From Thermodesulfobacteriota bacterium (GTDB taxonomy: Bacteria > Desulfobacterota > WTBG01 > JAGOGO01), in the NCBI GenBank assembly GCA_026625185.1, contig CP113000.1, positions 3,252,651-3,284,650 of the forward strand: a DNA stretch of 32,000 nt, written 5' to 3'. Numbering within the stretch: position 1 is the first letter of the stretch; each line of letters starts with the position of its first letter. Below, piece by piece: positions 7,328 to 15,563 of this stretch. Both the position numbers and the translations under genes were made by a program. The notes beneath the pieces were generated by a model. The model made no database searches. It was not told the origin of the DNA and was given only the letters and a program-made list of their open reading frames with translations.

Positions 7328-8339
7328 AAACCTGAGCTCGCCTAACAGACTCAAGTTCGTCAGTATCGGGAGTATATCTGCTGCCTCCTTGCTAATCAAT
7401 GGTTTCCCCGAGTGCAAAGGAAGCCTCACCGCCATTGTCCCCACCACTGATACCGGAAGCAGCACCGGAACAATTAGAAAAAATTTTTCCCTTCCGGCGC
7501 CCGGAGATGTGCGCGCCGTCTTAGCTGCCATGGCGGATGAGAAAGGACGTCCTGCTATATTGAAAAAACTCTTTGACTATCGTTTTAATATAAGCCAGTT
7601 TAAGGCATTGAACAAGATGGCCTTGGGAAATCTTATCCTGGCCGCGCTCTCTGATATAGAGGGAAGCTTTGCCCAGGCGGTAAAAGTATCGGGAAAACTT
7701 CTGAGCGTAAAAGGAAAAGTGCTTCCGGTAACCACAACGAACACCAATCTCAAAGCAGTGCTGAAAAATGGAAAAATTGTGAGGGGAGAAAAAGAAATTC
7801 GTCGGCCGGGAAAACCACCTATTGAGAAAATTTTCCTGGAAAAGAAATCAGTAACGTTAGGTGAGGGAATATCGCGAGCGATTTGGGAGGCAGACATAAT
7901 CCTGATCGGGCCGGGCTGTTTATACACGAGCATTATCGCCTGCCTTCTTGTGCCAGGAATGTCCAGGCTATTGTATCAGGCCAAAGCAAAGAAAATTTAT
8001 TGCTGTAACACCACGACGACACCGGGACAAACCGACGATCTCACGATCTTTGACCATGTGAACCTTATCACCCGGTATCTCGATAACCATCCTCCTGATT
8101 TTGTTTTAGTGAACAATAAAAAGCCGCGGCCTGCGATAGTGAAAACCTACCAGAGCGACAATGTCCGCCTTATCTTACCCTTTCCTCATGAAATAAAAAA
8201 AATAAAAGCCGCGGGCAGCATCCCAATGGTTGCTGATCTCATCGAAGAAAATTGGACCGGGAAAAGAAAACTACACAAAGTTGATACTATCCGGCACAGC
8301 CCCCAAAAGGTACGGAAAGCCTTGCTGAAGATTTGCTAA
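7320..8339 (+). CDS. YvcK/CofD-family (UPF0052) protein, divergent
   Basis: Collinear with B. subtilis YvcK as I recall it: TAIVPTTDTGSSTG, PAPGDVRAVLAA, ALGNLILAAL, KGKVLPVT, ILIGPGCLYTSIIACLLVPG, DTIRHSP. I moved the start to ATG 7320, which overlaps the trmJ-like stop (ATGAATAA). The 7194 start in the track would overlap 134 nt of trmJ. Confidence 0.75.
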   Translation: MNKNLSSPNRLKFVSIGSISAASLLINGFPECKGSLTAIVPTTDTGSSTGTIRKNFSLPAPGDVRAVLAAMADEKGRPAILKKLFDYRFNISQFKALNKMALGNLILAALSDIEGSFAQAVKVSGKLLSVKGKVLPVTTTNTNLKAVLKNGKIVRGEKEIRRPGKPPIEKIFLEKKSVTLGEGISRAIWEADIILIGPGCLYTSIIACLLVPGMSRLLYQAKAKKIYCCNTTTTPGQTDDLTIFDHVNLITRYLDNHPPDFVLVNNKKPRPAIVKTYQSDNVRLILPFPHEIKKIKAAGSIPMVADLIEENWTGKRKLHKVDTIRHSPQKVRKALLKIC

Positions 8340-8482
8340 TCAGGACATAAATATGATGACATAATGTCCCCTCATCTCAATTATCTCCAAAACGTCTCCG
8401 GGTCGAAGTGGCCAAGGAAGGAACTAATCCCTACACGGGAGAGAAAAACTATAAACGTTTTTATTTATGGACCCAACGGTCA

Positions 8483-9262
8483 TCATTCCGCAGGCCTCAC
8501 TGCCCAGGTTTCCCAGGTTCCTAAAGGTCGTACAAATGTGAAATCAAACGGCCCGCCAATGAGCTCTTGCGATACTTGGCCCATGGTTCCGGTTGGCAGC
8601 GCAAAAGGCGTTGCTACCAAAGTGGCTGCCATGCCCAAGCCTAATAGAGCAAAACCTATCGGCCGCAGGAAAATGAGATCGCAAAGAATGCTGGGGAAAG
8701 AAGGCGGAACCTTTTCACGAGTGACCATGACCGGGTATACCGGCGGCGGTGGAGGGTAAGGCGCGTAAACAACGCTTGGCCCTGGGGCCGGAGGTTTGGG
8801 GTTCCCGGCAGCTGCCTCAGCATCAGCTCGCAGTTCCTGAATGGTGTCCCTAACGTCATTTTTTTGGTTGAGGAAAGCATTACCTAAGCGGGTGGTCCAC
8901 TCGATCTTTTCAGCCATCATGGATAAAACCCGGGGATTACGAGCCAGTGCCTTTACGCTTTCATCCCATTTTTTATTTTTTAAGGCGGCATTAAAGGCAT
9001 CATTTGTAAGATTCGTGGTTTCTTTCACCCAGCGGTCAGCCGCAACTATTTCAACCGGGTAGATGGCGGCCATCAAAATCTGTGAGAGGACTGGCTCGGG
9101 GTAAAGTGCTATGGGGGAAAGCATTTGACTAAGCTCATTTCGGGAAAACCTTCCCGGTAACGGAGGGCTTTTTACCTCGGTTCCAAAAATATTAGGAGGT
9201 ACCGCAATCATAATACCAATGACTATCAACACAATTTTTAGAGCAAGTCGTTTTTTTTGCAT
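8483..9262 (-). CDS. DUF3300-family exported protein
   Basis: 259 aa with a signal/anchor segment (LKIVLIVIGIMIAVPP) and the DUF3300-type block LSQMLSPIALYPEPVLSQILMAAIYPVEIVAADRWV. A proline-rich linker and a C-terminal hydrophobic segment follow. Confidence 0.65.
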   Translation of the reverse strand: MQKKRLALKIVLIVIGIMIAVPPNIFGTEVKSPPLPGRFSRNELSQMLSPIALYPEPVLSQILMAAIYPVEIVAADRWVKETTNLTNDAFNAALKNKKWDESVKALARNPRVLSMMAEKIEWTTRLGNAFLNQKNDVRDTIQELRADAEAAAGNPKPPAPGPSVVYAPYPPPPPVYPVMVTREKVPPSFPSILCDLIFLRPIGFALLGLGMAATLVATPFALPTGTMGQVSQELIGGPFDFTFVRPLGTWETWAVRPAE

Positions 9263-9618
9263 ATTTTAATCCTCTTAAAAAATAACATTAATTCAATCTG
9301 CCAGTATCCGACAGTCGATTTATCTGCCATTAACCAATAAAAGAGGTAAAATCTTTTAATTAGTTTACAAAAAACATGGTTAAAAAAATATTATTATTTT
9401 ATAAAAACAACCGCCTTCATTCTCCAGGAAAATATTCTCCTTAAATAAGGACTTACCTTTAATCCCTTTTGCGAAGAGATAATCAAATATTTGACCCGAC
9501 CAAGGCAATTAATTAGTTGCAACCTTAATGATTTAATGACAATATTGTTTGGAAATGAAGGAAAAAACGGAAAACATATTAAAATGAACTAAAAAATTTG
9601 TCCCCACCGGATTTATTT

Positions 9619-10227
9619 ATGCGCATAAGGCCTAAACACAGTGCCTTTATTTTCATTGTACTTTTTGCCCTCGCCATATTTTTTTATTCGCCCCGTTATT
9701 TAATCTTTAAAACCCTCCCGGCTAAATCCGATGCGGTTATTCTTTTATTAGGCTCAATCAACAAAGAAAGGGCGGAAGAGGCTTACCGCCTGATTAGTGA
9801 AGGTTACGCTCGGACTTTATTCGTTCCGGCTCAAAAGAAAATCCATACTGTCTCCGACAAGGGTAACGTGTCTCGTTATTTAAAAAAGCTCTCAACCCAA
9901 AATTGGTTAGCTCCCAAAAGGGAAATCAAACTCAATTTTCAATTCCAGGAAAATACCCACCTGGAAATAGTAGCCGCCAAATCAATGATGGATAATTCCA
10001 ATTTCACGTCAGCTATTTTTGTGAGCTCACCCTATCATTTGCGGAGAATCAAAATTATTACCGATAAAGTTTTTACCGGGAAGCCCTACCAATTATCCTT
10101 TGTACCCTCTTACCACATAGACAAAGTTGAGACCTTATGGTGGGTCAACAAAAATGCGGTTGCGATGGTGGTCAGTGAGTACCTTAAGATAGCCTGGTTT
10201 TTACTTTACGCACCATTTTGCAAATAG
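9619..10227 (+). CDS. DUF218 / YdcF(ElyC/SanA)-like membrane-anchored protein
   Basis: N-terminal TM helix (AFIFIVLFALAIFFY), DAVILLLGS and AIFVSSPYHLRRI motifs. ATG 9619 is preferred over the TTG at 9598. Confidence 0.65.
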   Translation: MRIRPKHSAFIFIVLFALAIFFYSPRYLIFKTLPAKSDAVILLLGSINKERAEEAYRLISEGYARTLFVPAQKKIHTVSDKGNVSRYLKKLSTQNWLAPKREIKLNFQFQENTHLEIVAAKSMMDNSNFTSAIFVSSPYHLRRIKIITDKVFTGKPYQLSFVPSYHIDKVETLWWVNKNAVAMVVSEYLKIAWFLLYAPFCK

Positions 10228-10498
10228 GCATTGACCCCAACCCGAAAGTACGGTTTCAAGGCAAAGAACCATATAAAAAATTCACTGCTATAGCCCTTCT
10301 CAAAGAAGGTGATGTCTATCAAGGACTGTCCTGAACCAAGTCCAGAACGACACGATCAGGGTTCAGCATGACATTTTTTCGCAGATATAGCAGTGGTGGC
10401 ACAGTCTCTTAAGGGAGATGGTCATGGTAAAATTGAAGGTATTTGGCAACGCATTCGGTCAAGTATGGTTGCAATCAATTTTGTACTCCCTTTAATAA

Positions 10499-11581
10499 TC
10501 AAAAATTTTTATCACGGCAAAACAACTGCAGCCTTTTGATCGCCTCCATTTTTGTCCGGTCTCCAATGCGGGCTTTTTCAATGGCTTCCTGTAAGACCCC
10601 AACAGTCTTATCATAAACTTTCCGATCCACCGGATACGGATGTCCGTCCTTGCCTCCATGGGCAAAGCTAAACCGGGTGGGATCTTTAAAACTCGGCTTT
10701 GTGCCGTGGATCAATTCAGAAACCAAACTTAACGCTCGAAGAGTTTTAGGGCCGACACCCTGTACCCCAAGGAGTTCCTCAAAATTTTTCGGTGACTGTT
10801 CATAGATAGTGACAAATGTTTTTCCCAAATATTCCAGGCGAAACTTTTCCCTTGGAACCGGATGCGCTTTCGGAAGGTCAAGCTCGTTTACCCTTTTCAC
10901 TTCGTTGACTATAAACCCGGGATTTTCATGACTCAGCTCGGTAATCGTCTCGCGCGCCTTTTCGCTTTCTAACGCGACTAAATTCAACCCCTCCTCCTTC
11001 TGATCACAGCAAACCGCCCAGTGTGGCTCGCAGACAAAATCCTTCACCCCGTGACTCAGCCAGTGGTATCGTCGAGCGAACCGGGTTGTTTCATTCATCC
11101 CTTGTTGAACCACTGCCCAGGAACCATCCTGAATGAAAAAGAAGCAGTGGTGATAAAGCTGATATCCGTCCTGGACTGCGGCGCTGTCAACTTTGGCCGA
11201 CATCCGGCTGGAATAAATTAACCGGCTTCCTTCGATGGACGTTTGGTCGCACTGTGTTTCAATCTCCTGAGGGGTTTTCCGCGAGGTTTTTCCTTTGCCG
11301 CCGGCTATAAAGAAACCCAGCTCTTTTTCCAAACCCTTTAAACCTTCTTTTAAAGCTCCGCAAACTGTTGTGGTTACCCCGCTCGAGTGCCAGTCAAAAC
11401 CCAGAACGCAACCAAACGCCTGAAACCAGAAAGGATCTGAGAGCCGCCGAAGCATCTCTTCCGCTCCGTAAGAATCAATGATGAAAAGAGTAATTTCTCT
11501 TGAAAGCTCTTTCATCCGCTGAAAAAGCCAGGAAGGAGCCTTGCCGTAATGTAGGGGTAGGTGGGCAGTGCCGGTTTTCAT
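10499..11581 (-). CDS. DUF763-family protein with helix-hairpin-helix motif
   Basis: 360 aa. The N-terminus MKTGTAHLPLHYGKAPSWLFQRMKELSREI matches my memory of DUF763 proteins. An HhH-like LGVQGVGPKTLRALSLVSELI lies near residue 280. Confidence 0.6.
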   Translation of the reverse strand: MKTGTAHLPLHYGKAPSWLFQRMKELSREITLFIIDSYGAEEMLRRLSDPFWFQAFGCVLGFDWHSSGVTTTVCGALKEGLKGLEKELGFFIAGGKGKTSRKTPQEIETQCDQTSIEGSRLIYSSRMSAKVDSAAVQDGYQLYHHCFFFIQDGSWAVVQQGMNETTRFARRYHWLSHGVKDFVCEPHWAVCCDQKEEGLNLVALESEKARETITELSHENPGFIVNEVKRVNELDLPKAHPVPREKFRLEYLGKTFVTIYEQSPKNFEELLGVQGVGPKTLRALSLVSELIHGTKPSFKDPTRFSFAHGGKDGHPYPVDRKVYDKTVGVLQEAIEKARIGDRTKMEAIKRLQLFCRDKNF

Positions 11582-11633
11582 TTTTAGGGTGAAAAGTTAA
11601 AAAGTTTTTCCTTCCCTTTTCAAACGCAGACCA

Positions 11634-12194
11634 TCAAAGCATTTTTAAATAATCCATTTTATCACTAAAAAACCACCAAAACGCTGCCACGATCAAGGAG
11701 TTGGTAATATGGCCTTCTTTGATAAGCATGGGGATCTTGCTTAAGGGCATTACCTCCACTGCAATATCCTCGGTTTCGTCAAAGTGTTCTCCCCCATCAA
11801 TCTTCCGGACATTGTATGCTAAAAAGGTATAACACCGGTTGGTCATAAAAGCGGGGTTAGGGTGAACCGTACCCAGAAGATTTAATGTTTCGGCCTGGTA
11901 TCCGGTTTCTTCGAGAAGCTCGCGCGCTGCCGTCTCGTGCGGTGAATCCCCCGGCTCAATCATTCCTCCGGGTATCTCCAGGGTCACCTTTTTTATCCCA
12001 TGCCGAAACTGCTTAATCATTACCACCTGATTATCTGACGTAAGCGGTATAATATTAACCCAATCAGGAGAATCAATAACGCAAAACTCATGTTCCTTCC
12101 CGGTGTGAGGGGCGCGGGCAGTATCTATCCGCAAAGAAAAAATTCGAAACGACGGTCCCGGTTGGGAATCGATAGTTGGCCAGGGTTCAGGCAT
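11634..12194 (-). CDS. NUDIX hydrolase (ADP-ribose/NDP-sugar pyrophosphatase-like)
   Basis: Nudix box GGMIEPGDSPHETAARELLEETG. The start overlaps the stop of the upstream Fe-S gene by 8 nt. Confidence 0.85.
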   Translation of the reverse strand: MPEPWPTIDSQPGPSFRIFSLRIDTARAPHTGKEHEFCVIDSPDWVNIIPLTSDNQVVMIKQFRHGIKKVTLEIPGGMIEPGDSPHETAARELLEETGYQAETLNLLGTVHPNPAFMTNRCYTFLAYNVRKIDGGEHFDETEDIAVEVMPLSKIPMLIKEGHITNSLIVAAFWWFFSDKMDYLKML

Positions 12195-12858
12195 TGTGCT
12201 CCTCCCTTATAAGTTGTTCTTCTTTAAATAACAAGGCTCCTACCGGACAGGCATCTACGCATTTTCTGCACTGGGTACAGTTTGCTACCCCCGCCAGGGA
12301 ATCTCCGAACGTGGTAACCAGCATCTCAAACCCACGATAGGCGAAATTTAATGTTCCCACCTTCTGCTGTTCACGGCACAGCCACACGCACCGTCCGCAA
12401 AGCACGCATTTATCCGGGTCATAGGTGAAGAGCGGATGCGATTCATCCAGGGGAAGATTTTTCGGAATCAGTCGAAATCGTTTTGACCTCAGCCTCACTT
12501 TTAGGTGCAAAGCAATTTTTTGAAGTTCGCATTTTTTATTTTTCCCGCAGTGTCCGCAGTTAACATGATGCGTAGAAAGAATAAGCTCGAAGGCGGCCCG
12601 CTGGAGTTTTTGGACCGTTGCAGTCTTGGTTTTCACGACCATTCCCTCTCGTATTGTTTCCGTGCACGCGGTAACCGGTTCAGGATAGCCTTCGATCTCT
12701 ACAAAACAGAGCCGGCAGCCGGCAAAGGGGACAGCTCTTTCTTTCAAAGCACATACATTGGGAATATAAAAACCATTTTTCAAAGCCACCCACAGAAGGA
12801 TATCTCCTTCCTGTGCCGAAACCTTTTGGTTATCTATGATAAGCGAAATGGCCTTCAT
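12187..12858 (-). CDS. short NuoG/HoxU-like Fe-S subunit (2Fe-2S, His-ligated 4Fe-4S, 2x 4Fe-4S); no catalytic domain
   Basis: 223 aa. Cys pattern C36-x11-C-x2-C-x13-C, then HHVNCGHCGKNKKC (Hx3Cx2Cx5C), CVLCGRCVWLC and CTQCRKCVDACP. The protein ends right after the ferredoxin-like part. There is an ATGA overlap with the upstream NuoF-like gene. Confidence 0.8.
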   Translation of the reverse strand: MKAISLIIDNQKVSAQEGDILLWVALKNGFYIPNVCALKERAVPFAGCRLCFVEIEGYPEPVTACTETIREGMVVKTKTATVQKLQRAAFELILSTHHVNCGHCGKNKKCELQKIALHLKVRLRSKRFRLIPKNLPLDESHPLFTYDPDKCVLCGRCVWLCREQQKVGTLNFAYRGFEMLVTTFGDSLAGVANCTQCRKCVDACPVGALLFKEEQLIREEHNA

Positions 12859-14795
12859 TTTTCTTCTCCGAGCTTTTCCGGAGCGGGAGGTACTGAGTCA
12901 GCCGGGGAAAATTTTACCACCGCGCTATACTGAATAGGACAGGCATCCAAACAAGCCCCGCACTTAACGCATTTTTCCTGATCGATCGCCTTTATCATCC
13001 TTTTGGCGGTATAAATTGCTTCAGTTGGACAAGTGCCAACGCACGCGTCGCACGATCGTTCACATTTATCCGGAAGAATATAATATGAAATGAGGGTCTG
13101 GCACTTTTTTGCCGGGCACCGTTTTTCCGATATATGGGCTTCATATTCATCGCGAAAAAACTTAAGGGTGGTGAGGATAGGATTGGGAGCTGTTTTCCCC
13201 AGCCTACAGAGTGAACCCTGGCAAACGACTTCCGCCAAATTAAGCAACACATCAATATCTTCCGGGTTCCCTTTTCCCTCGGTGATATCCTGAAGGATTA
13301 AAAGCATCTGTTTAGTTCCTATTCGGCAAAAAGTGCATTTTCCGCACGATTCCTTTTGAGTAAAGCCTAGAAAATATCTCGCCACATCTACCATGCAGTC
13401 ATCCTCATCTAAAACAACCATACCGCCTGAGCCCATCATTGCTCCAGCTTTTATTAGTGAGTCAAAGTCGATCGGGGTATTAAGAAACTCATGGGAAAGG
13501 CATCCTCCTGAAGGGCCTCCAATCTGGATCGCTTTAAATTCTTTATTTTTCGGGATCCCTCCGCAAATATCAAAAACAAGTTCCTTTAATGTGGTACCCA
13601 TTGCCACTTCAACCAAGCCGGTGTTGTTAATTTTCCCGGCAATGGAAAAAAGAGCTGTTCCCTTACTCTGCTCAGTGCCGATAGCGGCAAAGGCTTGGGC
13701 GCCATCAAGCATGATTAAAGGAATATTGGCCAGAGTTTTGACGTTGTCAATCAGGGTCGGAGCATCCTTAAATCCACAAACTGCGGGGTAAGGCGGACGG
13801 TGGCGGGGCATGCCACGTTTACCTTCAAGAGAATGAATCAGGCCGGTCTCTTCCCCACAGACAAAAGCGCCGGACCCCTCAAACACCTTAATATCCAAAT
13901 CATAATCACTCCCTAAAATTTTCTTTCCCAGCAATCCTGAATCTCTGGCCTGTTGAAGAGCGGTCTTCATGCGTTTTACCGACAACGGATATTCGTTCCT
14001 AACATAGACATACCCCTCAGTGGCGGAAATGGCATATCCCGCAATAATCAAACCTTCAAGGACTTGATGGGGACTGCTTTCGATTATTACCCGATCAGAA
14101 AAAGACCCTGGGTCGCCTTCATCAGCATTGCAGATAACGTATTTCCCGTTCGCCTCGGTCTTAAAACAAATGTCCCATTTTTTCCCGCTCAGAAATCCTG
14201 CCCCCCCGAGACCTCTGAGGCCGGAAGCAAGTACCTGGCCGATGATCGCTTCTTGATCCCTCTGCAGGGCCACGCTCAACCCTTCGTATCCGCCCCGGGC
14301 GATATAGTCCATAATATCTTCAGGATTAATAATGCCGAAGTCACGAAGGATCGTTCTCGTTTCCAAGCCATAGCGGGGAAGATCATCAATTAAAGGGAGA
14401 AAATCATTTGGCTCAAGAGCCGCAAGTATTAATTCGGGAAGAAAATTATCCCCCAGCAGAAAATGTTTTACTATCGTGGAAGCTACCGGAGGGCTGACAT
14501 TACAATAAAGGATCAGGGGTAGCCCAGGCTTTCGGACCGCAACCAGCGGTTCAGCATAACAATGCCCCATACAGCCAACGGGAATAACATGAGCGTTCAG
14601 ATTGTGTTTGGTTATTTCCTCCTTAAAAGTTTTAAAAACCTCAAGGCTTCCTAAAGCCCGACTGCACGTTGCTGTGCCCACTAAAATGTAAGGGACATCT
14701 CCTTCCCGCGTCTGCCCCCAAAGTTCAGAGGCCTGAGTTTTAATCTTCTGAAAAGTTTCCCGGATAGTTTTTTTTATTGATTCATTCAGTTTCAT
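12855..14795 (-). CDS. NuoF/HoxF/HydB-like NAD(H)/FMN flavoprotein with N-terminal thioredoxin-like domain and C-terminal 2x[4Fe-4S] domain (paralog 1)
   Basis: GLRGLGGAGFLSGKKW, KYVICNADEGDPGSF, ESCGKCTFCRIG and C-terminal Cys clusters. The start is set at ATG 14795 (MKLNESIKK), giving a 14-nt overlap with the NuoE-like stop. The 14882 start in the track would lie inside that gene. Confidence 0.9.
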   Translation of the reverse strand: MKLNESIKKTIRETFQKIKTQASELWGQTREGDVPYILVGTATCSRALGSLEVFKTFKEEITKHNLNAHVIPVGCMGHCYAEPLVAVRKPGLPLILYCNVSPPVASTIVKHFLLGDNFLPELILAALEPNDFLPLIDDLPRYGLETRTILRDFGIINPEDIMDYIARGGYEGLSVALQRDQEAIIGQVLASGLRGLGGAGFLSGKKWDICFKTEANGKYVICNADEGDPGSFSDRVIIESSPHQVLEGLIIAGYAISATEGYVYVRNEYPLSVKRMKTALQQARDSGLLGKKILGSDYDLDIKVFEGSGAFVCGEETGLIHSLEGKRGMPRHRPPYPAVCGFKDAPTLIDNVKTLANIPLIMLDGAQAFAAIGTEQSKGTALFSIAGKINNTGLVEVAMGTTLKELVFDICGGIPKNKEFKAIQIGGPSGGCLSHEFLNTPIDFDSLIKAGAMMGSGGMVVLDEDDCMVDVARYFLGFTQKESCGKCTFCRIGTKQMLLILQDITEGKGNPEDIDVLLNLAEVVCQGSLCRLGKTAPNPILTTLKFFRDEYEAHISEKRCPAKKCQTLISYYILPDKCERSCDACVGTCPTEAIYTAKRMIKAIDQEKCVKCGACLDACPIQYSAVVKFSPADSVPPAPEKLGEEK

Positions 14796-15309
14796 TATGA
14801 GTCTTATCTTCTTCTCGTTTTGCCAGTTCGCATTGCAAAAGAATACCATTGACAACGCTCGGTGACATTTTGCCATGAACAATATCCCCTACTTGTACGA
14901 CTGGAGCGAGAACGCAGCAACCCACGCACCCCACCCTTTCTAAACCGAACTCATGGTCTTCCGTAACCCCTCCTTCTTTAATCTGAAGCCTCCGCTTCCA
15001 TTCTTCCATAATAATGTCACCTCCCCGTATATGGCAAGCGGTTCCCAGACAAACTTTAACTTGATGTTTGCCTGGCGGAGTAAAACGAAACTGGTTATAA
15101 AAGGTTGCCACCCCAAAAATCTCACCAGGAGATATTTTTAAAAAAGCGGCGGTCTCCCGGAGTGCTTCCTGAGGAATAAAGCCAAATGTGGTCTGAATGG
15201 CTTGGAGGATAGGTATTAAATTTTCTCTGGTGGAAGAAAAGTCTTGGAGGAGTTTATGGATTTCTTTCTGGATCTTTTCCTCTTCAATAGTATTGGTAGG
15301 TTCAGTCAT
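14782..15309 (-). CDS. NuoE/HoxE/HydC-like thioredoxin-like [2Fe-2S] subunit (paralog 1)
   Basis: 175 aa with ATFYNQFRF.P.GKH...CLGTACHIRGG...VGCVGCCVLAPVV. Confidence 0.9.
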   Translation of the reverse strand: MTEPTNTIEEEKIQKEIHKLLQDFSSTRENLIPILQAIQTTFGFIPQEALRETAAFLKISPGEIFGVATFYNQFRFTPPGKHQVKVCLGTACHIRGGDIIMEEWKRRLQIKEGGVTEDHEFGLERVGCVGCCVLAPVVQVGDIVHGKMSPSVVNGILLQCELAKREEDKTHNETE

Positions 15310-15371
15310 ATTCTTATCAGGTCATGGTAATCACGTCAGCCAGGGAGTATAAGTTTTTGGAATCAAAAAAA

Positions 15372-15563
15372 CTAATCGTCAGGATCATCTTTTTTATCCT
15401 TACCTTTCTTTTTCGATTTTGGTTTTAATAAATAGCCTTCGCAAGATTTACACTTTTTATATTCCCGAACCGGCTTACACCGAGAAAAGGGGATCTCGTA
15501 ATTGAGTATTTTGCACTCAATCGTTTTCATTTTTCTTTTTTCTTTTTTACCATTGTTTTCCAC
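15372..15563 (-). CDS. small lysine-rich Cys4 protein (possible zinc ribbon), function unknown
   Basis: 63-aa ORF with a GTG start at 15563 preceded by GAGGGG about 6 nt upstream. The Cys pattern is C-x11-C-x8-C-x2-C, with a KPKSKKKGKDKKDDPDD tail. It is the first gene upstream of the NuoE-like gene on the same strand. I recognise no homology. Confidence 0.4.
   Translation of the reverse strand: MENNGKKEKRKMKTIECKILNYEIPFSRCKPVREYKKCKSCEGYLLKPKSKKKGKDKKDDPDD

Noticed and set aside
8364-8759. 131-aa plus-strand ORF overlapping the 3' half of the DUF3300 gene.
   Set aside because: It is the antisense shadow of the minus-strand gene, with no RBS and a Gly/Pro/Arg-rich composition typical of reverse-frame reading. 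The minus-strand frame carries the DUF3300 motif and a TM segment.
9300-9336. Direct repeat atctgcca-N21-atctgcca upstream of the DUF3300 gene as a regulator binding site.
   Set aside because: An 8-mer recurring within 30 bp is expected about 15 times by chance in this window, and there is no supporting palindrome or conservation information.
12505-14393. Several 130-146-aa plus-strand ORFs (12505..12933, 13393..13791, 13953..14393), and equivalent minus-strand ORFs at 28186..29145 and 25140..25830.
   Set aside because: All lie fully inside strongly supported NuoF-like, NuoG-like or PorA genes on the opposite strand. They are shadow ORFs.
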